Positions 24,706-33,298 of a DNA stretch of 33,298 nucleotides are shown piece after piece. The stretch is taken from contig NC_068988.1 of NCBI RefSeq assembly GCF_001194135.2, forward strand, positions 33,543,644 through 33,576,941, given 5' to 3'. The stretch's first letter is position 1; each line of letters begins with the position of its first letter. Source of the DNA: Octopus bimaculoides (Eukaryota). Below the pieces are notes generated by a model. That model was not told the DNA's origin, did not search any database, and saw nothing but the letters and a program-made list of their open reading frames with translations. Both the position numbers and the translations under genes were made by a program.

Positions 24706-25307
24706 TGCCCCTCGTAGCTTTTCTATTTCTTAATAAAAAGAACCACATCATCCGAGTTAGTAGCCTGCTAATTTTCTAAGCTTATTGTAGGAAATCAAAT
24801 ATATATTTCAATACATTATATAAGATTTAGTCAATCATTTTAATGCATTGTTCTGATGATATATAACTCTCACTATACAGCATCTTTGAAACAAAACAAT
24901 AATAGCATATTAATAATTAACGTTTATGAATTAGTCTTTGTTATATACAATTAGCGTCAGTATTCGAGATGTCTTTGTGTCTGTTAGCTAATTTATCTAC
25001 TTTTTCACACCTGGTTTATAATTTAACTGAAGAAATGACAATCAATTTAATAAATTTTGATATATGACTTTCAGAATGTATATATTGCTTAATTCTGAAA
25101 TACAGTAGGCAGATTAAGATGTTTTTGTTTATAATAAAGCAACAAGCTGGAAATTGACAAATACTTATGTCAAACTGACACAGACTCCGCCTTCGTACAT
25201 TGCTCTCCGATAGTGTCTACAAGTAAATTGGGTGGTTTTCCATGAATAATATAAATATATACTATTGCCCCCAAATTTTGAATATCTCTTTACGCACGCA
25301 TGCACGC

Positions 25308-25348
<41 letters not shown>

Positions 25349-25401
25349 CACAGATATACACACACAACACCTACGCGCGCGCGCGCACACACATACATAT
25401 A

Positions 25402-25646
25402 CAGGGTGGTGTAAAAGTAGGTATACAGTTGTGAAAAACGAGAACACGCACAATAATTTATTTTTATCAAAAAAATTAAAAGTTACGATAAAAATATTAT
25501 TATAGTTCTGATAAATGTATTATTGTGATTAATGACACCGAAAATATCAAAAATGAGGCAAACTAATTTAATGTGCTCATAATTTTAATGAATTAAGTAT
25601 AATAACATCGTGATACTTACTGTATACCTACGTTTGCACCTCACTG
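25402..25646. mobile_element. Tc1/mariner-type MITE (245 bp)
   Basis: ~28-bp TIRs CAGGGTGGTGTAAAAGTAGGTATACAGT and the reverse complement CAGTGAGGTGCAAACGTAGGTATACAGT, with TA on both sides and an AT-rich non-coding interior. Confidence 0.85.
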
Positions 25647-25691
25647 TATATATGGTCGGACAATGATTTAGGCGGCCGAAGTTTATATATA

Positions 25692-27036
25692 TGAGGTCAT
25701 TAAGAATGAAAGGTCCGATTTTCTTATGCACCAAGTTTGATAGTCGTTAATTAAAATGCTTTATTCTGTCAATTCTTTGTTTTACAACATTCATGAGTTA
25801 CATCATCATTTTTCGAAATGCAATTTATGGTGTCTGATTATATTGCGAGTTTTCTCTTGTAAATCAATTCTTGTAAAACCACAGATAGATAAAAAAATTC
25901 GTGTTGTTTATGAATATGAGTTCCGTCGTGGAACTAATGCACTCGTGACAACTCGAAAGGTCAATGAAGTGTTTAGTGAAGATGTGGTAAATGGGTGTAG
26001 TGTACGTCGATGGTGTGAGACGTTCCAGTCTGATGGTTTTACTCTTGAAAATCTTTCCAGTGGTAGACCTGAGACCAATGTGGTTAATGATGAGCTGGAA
26101 ACTGTAGTTGAAGGAGATACATGTCAAACTACGCATGTGTTAGCGGCAACGTTTGATGTTTCGATTCCACATGTATTGGACCATGTGAGACAAATCAACA
26201 AAGGTAAAGAAGCTGGACAAATGGGTAGCACACGAGCTTATCGAACATTAATTGACCCATCGTCTTGAAACTTTCTGTTCTTCCCTGTCACGGCATAAAA
26301 ACGAACCATTTTTGCATCGTATTGTTAGGTATGATGAACAATGGATACTTTTATACAATAGCAAGCGTTCTGCACTGTGGTTCGATCGATAATAGAATAT
26401 TCCAAAATAGAATATTCCAAAATAGAATATTCCAAAATAGAATATTCCAAAATAGAATATTCCAAAATAGAATATTCCAAAATAGAATATTCCAAAATAG
26501 AATATTCACCTTAAAAAGGTAATGGTGTCGATTTGGTGGTCTAGAGCTGGTGTCGTCCACTACAGCTTGATGAGACCTAGTAAGTCAATTACAGCGGATG
26601 TATACAGCAGCTAGTTGGATGAAATGATGAGTGACCTTGCCATTAAACAAGCGAGATTGGCCAATTCTCTTGTAAGACAATGTGCGATCACAAGTTGCAC
26701 AAAGAACGCTACTTAAGTTACAGGTACTGAATTTGGAAATACTCTCTCCTCCACCATATTCACCAGACCTTGCCCCAACTGCCTATCATGTTTTCCCAGG
26801 CATTAGACAACTTTTTGCAAGGAAAAACTTCAAAGCTAAAGAAGATGCAAAAACAGCAGTTCGTGATTTCATCGCCTCTTGCTCTCTAGAGTTCTTCGCT
26901 GCCGGCATAAATACGCTACCGATAAAATGGCAAAGTTGTGTTGATAATGTAGGTGATTAATTGTATTGCTTTTTCTTGGGATAAAGAAGAATAAACTTTC
27001 AGTTCAAAATCGGACATTACATTCTTAATGACCTGA
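25692..27036 (+). mobile_element. Full-length decayed mariner (DD34D type, Hsmar1/cecropia-like) with an internal minisatellite
   Basis: TIRs TGAGGTCATTAAGAATGAAAGGTCCGATTTT and AAAATCGGACATTACATTCTTAATGACCTGA. Transposase remnants: IRVVYEYEFRRG, VRRWCETF, SGRP, KKLDKWVAHEL, RIVRYDEQWILLYN, KVMVSIWW, PPYSPDLAPTAYHVF, WQSCVDNVG. Confidence 0.93.
26391..26507. repeat. Perfect 15-bp minisatellite (AATAGAATATTCCAA), 7 copies plus a 12-nt partial copy
   Basis: Counted directly; all units are identical. Confidence 0.97.
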
Positions 27037-27656
27037 TGTGTGTGTGTATGTATATGTGTGTGTTTGTGTGTGTGTGTATATGTATGTGTGTGTGTGCATG
27101 TGAGTGTGTGTGAGTGTGTGTGCGTGCGTGCGTGCGTGTATTTATGTATGTATATGTTGCATTTCAGGTAGAGAAGAGAAAAATGTCTAGAAATAGAACC
27201 ATATATAATTAATAATCATTGCGATACTTCGTAGGGCAGGGGTCGACCTCGATATTTCACTGCAGAATTTATGAATTCATAAATTTCGTCATCAAGGCTC
27301 ATATTAATTCCAAAGGTGAACCAGTATTGCAACAACAATAATCTCCCTTCTACCTAACGATAATTGCCAGAGAACCTAAGCTTTCACCATTTCTGTTTAC
27401 TACTAGCTATTTACAGAAACCCCCCACCCGCCCTTCACTATATTTTACGAACAGCATATTTCTTGGGATGAAGTTAAACTAATAGACTGAGAACACCACT
27501 GAAAAATACGAAAATTAAAAGAGGCTACATATATGCTAGGCCACAATAACCTCTTAATCAGACCTAGTGCAGATATGTATGTAATATGGAAAACGGCATT
27601 AGAAATGATAAACTATTCGGTTTATAAGCCCAGACGTTCGCTATATAATTGCCTAC

Positions 27657-27926
27657 GGGCGTATAACTTAGTGGATAAGAGCGCGGGCTACTAACCCTCG
27701 TATTCTGAGCCCGGTCCCAGACAGGGACTTGGGAAACAATATCAGTATAAAATAACATCAGTAAAAAAAGAATACCTTAAGAATGATAACAGAGAACCCC
27801 ATTAATCAAATAAAGGATTGGATTTGAAATTCCAGCAGAACACCTGATGAAGTTCAGAGAGTACATCAACCAAAATGTTGTGATAAAAACAGACAAGGTG
27901 AGGACACCTATCCGTCCATTGTAAAT
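27657..27926 (+). mobile_element. tRNA-headed SINE with a degenerate hammerhead-like motif in its 3' part
   Basis: Head GGGCGTATAACTTAGTGGATAAGAGCGCGGGCTACTAACC (A-box and tRNA-like) with a degenerate B box. Tail ACAC-CTGATGA-a-GTT...AAC-c-AAAA-TG-TT-GTG at 27840-27882. Confidence 0.65.
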
Positions 27927-28119
27927 CAGTAGTATTGGTTAAAACTATCAATGTGTATATTATACCAACGTATACGACCTTTCGTGTACTTATCTGAAGA
28001 GGGTTAGTGCTAAAAGCATTGGATACTTTCCGTCTACTGCTGATAGGATTCTACTTTTTAGCATCTTATGTCTATGCGAATACGGGATCGTTGTGTCATT
28101 CTTGCAGTATACTCACGTT

Positions 28120-28160
28120 TACAGACAGACAGAGAGACAGACAGACAGACAGACAGACAT

Positions 28161-28205
<45 letters not shown>

Positions 28206-28318
28206 CAGGTAGACAGACAGGTAGACAGACAGATAGATATATACATACATGCATGCATACATACATACATACATACATACATACATGCATACATACATAC
28301 ATACATAGAGAAATAGAT
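28120..28318. repeat. (AGAC)n/(AGAT)n/(ATAC)n compound tetranucleotide microsatellite
   Basis: Direct inspection. Confidence 0.95.
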
Positions 28319-29859
28319 AAACATATGAAATAATCACTGAATAAACATTACGCACGATTGACTCATTTCATGCATTGAGTTATCCAAAAATGTGTGGTTA
28401 AAGGTGCTTGAATATCGAGCACCAAGTCATATAGTACCTTATTTTATATTATAGCATGTCACTGTGTGTAGGTATTCACAGACATTCGTAGACACGACAT
28501 ATTATGCAAATTGTTTTAATTAAAACATGTAACAAAATACTTATATCATATTTTAATTATTTTAATTCAACGTTTAATTAATCCTTCTATACCTAACTCA
28601 GTCCTTGTAGAATTAATTGATTATTTCTATTTCTGTATTTTAGTGAGGAGGGAAAGCAATATCCAGCGCATTTAAAGGGCATATGAGATTGTTTCAGGGT
28701 TCGAGTGAAAAAACTTCTAACTGGAGACTGGTTCGAATGCTGGCTGCAGACTGAACTCCTGAGAAAGCAACTAAAATTCCGTGAAATGGGTACAGTGAAC
28801 GTGTCGTGAGGAATGGAATATCCAAAGTTTCGGATTCAATACTAACGATTAGGCTGTGGTGCAATTTGAACTGAAATCCCCAAAGACTCGATCAATCACT
28901 ACCAGACACTCGGTCTGATACTTTTACAGATTCATCAATCAACTTCCAATGATTAGTACTTACTTATTTTAATAGCATTTCAACCTATCATTCCCTTGTA
29001 AGATAGACCAAAGGTATTGTATATGTTTTAAGTCCATGATTTCGGTTTGTATATCAAAGATAGTCTGAAGGTAGCCGCAAGTAGCTGTATTAGAATCTTG
29101 GAAATCGCCTTAATGTTAGTAATCTTATTCAACAATGGATAGAAACCTAAGAGAAATTTACAGATTAATGGCCTTCGGAAAATCAATAAATCCAAAAGAC
29201 ATTGCTTTTTACAATGAAGTACAACAGATTGTCCATACTGATAATAATGTTTATCAACCAGAAACTTCCAAAGGCCCTCGGCAAAACCTTTCTTTAGGAA
29301 TATAACAGTATGGTTAAAAAAAGAAAGTCATTGCTGAACTGAATATACAATCAAGCTGCACAGTTGTTAACTTCCTGTTTCTTTGTACATCATCATGGCG
29401 AATACTACTTTAATCTTTCGTATTTCCTATCCGATTATTATACATACAGACTCTTTCCGTTGTGCAAGTGCTAATGTCTATCTTTATATACCAGAGTATT
29501 GTCAATAGGCGTGTGCGTGTGTATGTGTGTGTTTGTGCGTGCGTTTGTGTGCGTTAGTGCCTGAATATAGCGAGTCATTCATGAAAAGAGGGAAAAGTGC
29601 AATAATGGCGTGCCAGTGAGATGAACTAACACCCACGGATTTGATTTATTATCATTGAATAAAATCAGGCGTAATTCTGCCTTGTAGAGTAGTAAATGAC
29701 CATGTCATCAGTAAAAATATTACCGTCTTTATGTTGCCAACTTTTAATAAGCGAATTTAGCGTTATCAGGCACTTAAGTCCACAGTTGGCCCTTTCATTC
29801 TTTTTACGCAGCAACAGTCGGTTGTCATTATTCTGACCTGATCTAAACTGAGGACAAAT

Positions 29860-29982
29860 TCCACATTTCATTCTTTGGGATCGATAAAATACCATATGCC
29901 CTAATTCCAGGAGTCGATGGAATCATCTAAACCTTTATCTGAATTTGCTGGTCTTTCAACAAAATTTGAAAACCAATATCAT
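29860..29982 (+). mobile_element. Degenerate SINE fragment (family of 24221-24431)
   Basis: ATTCTTTGGGATCGATAAAATACCA...GGAGTCGATGGAATC...GAATTTGCTGGTC...AAAATTTGAAAACCAATAT. Confidence 0.6.
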
Positions 29983-31132
29983 ACACAGGATACCGGTGAC
30001 CCGATAGCAGGGCTGTATTGAAAAACGTTCAGTTACCACGCAGTTTACAATGTCAGAGTTTCCCACCGAAATCTGTTCATTCATTCCTACAGTCGATTTT
30101 CTATTAATGGTGCGAAGTAGATTTAAAGCCTATAAACAAAACTCAATGGAATATTGTGAACAAAAGAGAAGGTAGTTTTACAGCACATATATAAGATATA
30201 CACACATACATGTATATATGATAAGCATGCACATATAATGAGACTATATATATATATATATATATATAATCTCATTATCAGTTTGCATAAATGCTGTAAC
30301 CGTTAGTAATAGCGTCATGGCTCGTAGATTTATTGGACACTGAAAACCTATTTACATCTGATCATGTATTAACCATAATGGACATAATATTAGAAATGCA
30401 TGACACCATCATAGTCAGCGTCATTCATGATTATATTATTAATATTTGTAAAATTCATGAATTTTGTGTAACTAATTATTAGGTCATTATTAGATCATCT
30501 TTGTATAATTACTAATTAAGAATGCTAATTTATTAGTTGTTCAGCCACGAGTAATCTATCAAATGTTGGTGACTCAATAAATCAAAACTGTAACAAAAGC
30601 AGTATAACTGAATGGCAAAATAAACTACCCATTTCTATGATAACCACTTTCCTCACTTATATTTCGGAGCTATAAATGATCGACTTCATATCATTAAGTT
30701 CGAATACTAATATCAATTTAAACACCGACAATTTACGTCAATTAAGATTTGCAAAAACAAGACCATGGGAAGCATGATCGCTGAGCTATATGTATGTATG
30801 TATATATGTATGTATGCATGTATGTATATATGTATGTATATATGTACGTATGTATGTAAGTATGCACACACTTGTGTCTGTGTATGTATTTCATGAGATA
30901 TACAGTTCAACAGAACAAATTGCAATAGAATATACTGTACTTATGTTCCAATATTTATCAAGACCGAGCGTGAATTTCACTGAATTATTCAGTTCCTTCG
31001 TTATCCAGAATCGGCGCATAGCAAAGTAGACGCGAAGCCTCAGAGCAATTCTGAACACAGAAACATTTCGTTGATCTTGATTTGCTTCATTAAAGCACAT
31101 ATTCAGAATAAGTTATATTGTAATGGAACATC

Positions 31133-31169
<37 letters not shown>

Positions 31170-32279
31170 GCGACCATAATATAACAGAATCCCAAGATAT
31201 TGGCATTGGTCTGCATCAGGCGAGTTTTATTTTTAGTGCTATTAATTTTGAGGAAATAAACCGACGCATGCCTCTGGGTATGCAGGGCCAACCGATCCCC
31301 CAGATCGTTAATCATATACACCACTCACTATAGATCAACACTGCTTAGGCACTTCTACCTTGAACATAACTATCCGACAAAGAACATGCTTACGGGATAT
31401 TTATATGGAATTACGGTTACCCACGGTTATATGGAATTAGGGTTATCACCACGACATATTTATATGGAATTACGGTTACGAAATACACCAACTTCCATGT
31501 GAATATATTCTGTATTTCAACTAATTTTCATGTGCCTTTTGCCCTTTCTTAAACACTCGTCAAAGATCGTTATTAATGTCAATTGCTACATCAGTGCTAC
31601 TTTTGGTGCAAGATTACACATCAAATAAATTCAGCTTGGGAACATAGACACTTCGTAAACGACTAGTGGCTGCATTAAAAAGAGATTTACTCACGCACTA
31701 ACAAACATGTTCTTCGTGAACTCTTTGTCTTTGATCACATAACAAATCACATTGATCACATTGCAAATCTGATGGCAAATACACAGACTTCAAAATATGA
31801 TGTGATGTAGCGGTTACGATTCCAAGACAAATGTCGCACAATGTCAAAATTATCGGCTTCTCCAAGTCTTCAGGAAACATATCCATACTTTGTCTTTTTC
31901 TAGTATTCGGAGCGGTTCACACCCAGGTCTTATTTGACGTTTGTTAATCCAGCTGTTTTGGAGTTGTGTAGAAATTCATCAGGAAGAGAGTGCTTACTAA
32001 AGAACCCTCTGGTGCCTCGCAGGATATTGTTTTCTTCGATTTCCAGCAATAATTTTATGCATTTAGTTTTGCCGCTTTTGTTTAGCAGGTGCAGTTTGAA
32101 ACATTACATGACATTCGAAGGATGTCTGTACAGACCGCAGGCTTCAACCTCCATCTCTTTTTGAGTAGAACCTTCGATATGGCTGTCACAGTAGGAATTC
32201 TCAGTTGAATTCAGAATCCTGCAGTTTTTAATGTCTCTGGAGTGAGTTTCCTCTGCAGAACTAGTCATTTTAGTTAGGG

Positions 32280-33265
32280 GAGTGAAGGAACTCAGCAACA
32301 AAATTAGCAACTGGAAGGCCCCGGGACCAGATGGAGTTCAAGGCTACTGGATCAAAAGATCTGGTGAATGTTATGCACGAATAGCTGCGCAACTACGCAC
32401 CTTGTTAAATGCCGACCAAGCAACACCAGAGTGGTTGACATTGGGTAGGACAGTGCTGTGCCTGAAAAACATCGAAAAAGGCAATACTAAAGACAATTAC
32501 AGGCCGATATCCTGTTTGCCACTTATGTGGAAGTTATTGACTGGAATATTTGCAGAGTCAATGTACGACCATCTAGAAAGAAAAGGAGTCCTGCCACATG
32601 AGCAGAAGGGTTGAAAGCGTAAGTGTAGAGGTACAAAGGATCAACTCCTGATAAATAAAACTGTACTCAGAGACTGCAAGAGGAGAATAAATAATTTAGC
32701 CATGTCATGGATCAACTATCGTACGGCGTAAGATATTATCCCACATTCTTCGATTATGTAATGTATGGACATGTTTGGTATAGCATCGAATGTTGAGCGA
32801 TTACTTGGAAAAAGTATGGCGAATTGGAGGATGGACCTGACAGCATACGGAAGAAGTTTAGGAACAGTAGAAATTAGGAGTGGCATCTTCCAAGTGGACT
32901 GCCTGTCTCACTGATCTTTGTACTATGCTGATTCTGAGGAAAGCAAAAGCAGGGTAGTGTTATTCAAAAGCCGCCAACAAAATCTCAACTATTTGTTATT
33001 CATGAATGACCTCAAACTTTATGGTAAAGACGAAGCCTAAGTCAGTTCCCTCGTTGATACGGTGTATACCTTCAGTGTTAGTATCAGAATGGTTTTCGGA
33101 CTGAGAAAGTGTTGTGTGTTAGTAATGAAGAGAGACAAAATCAAATGCATGGACGGACTAACAATAACGTCGGGGGAGGTTATGAAGTAGATTGAAGAGA
33201 CGGGTTATAAGTAGTTGGGGATTTTGGAAATGGATAAATTAATGGAGAAAGAAATGACAGAAAAA
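32280..33265 (+). mobile_element. Decayed R4/Dong-like non-LTR retrotransposon RT fragment, truncated at both ends
   Basis: [111 protein letters not shown]. It ends at a (TA)n tract. Confidence 0.9.
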
Positions 33266-33298
33266 TTTAAGGTTGTATATATGTATATATATATATAT

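Noticed and set aside
26391-26507. Possible CRISPR-like array or NRIFQ repeat protein
   Set aside because: There are no spacers, the context is eukaryotic, and the NRIFQ frame is not the transposase frame.
27266-27285. Perfect 20-bp palindrome AATTTATGAATTCATAAATT
   Set aside because: Isolated and very AT-rich, with no supporting context.
27657-27730. Functional tRNA gene
   Set aside because: The T-arm, B box and acceptor stem are degenerate and the sequence continues into a repeat body, so it is a SINE head.
31045-31100. Possible degenerate hammerhead on the minus strand (TTAATGA...GAAATGTT)
   Set aside because: The core and stems are too degenerate to support.

Overview
AT-rich eukaryotic, repeat-dominated DNA with seven N-gaps and many microsatellites. 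The SINE repertoire resembles what I recall from Octopus genomes (inference). No intact host gene is recognisable, and most long ORFs in the track are microsatellite or N-gap artefacts. Recognisable content: several tRNA-derived SINEs; two near full-length decayed DD34D-type mariners (22784-24063 minus, 25692-27036 plus); a decayed DD37D (maT) element (~17930-19110 minus); two MITEs; two decayed RLE-type non-LTR retrotransposon fragments (HERO-like 20420-21275, R4/Dong-like 32280-33265); and two minimal hammerhead ribozyme motifs. The most striking structure is at 1-4146. Two divergent but homologous retroelements, each carrying only a gag-like zinc-knuckle ORF1, lie head-to-tail on the minus strand. 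Both end at the same 15-bp sequence (AAGAAGCTTGCTTCC) from the tRNA-derived head of a SINE. This is the pattern expected from repeated, sequence-specific insertion into a SINE.
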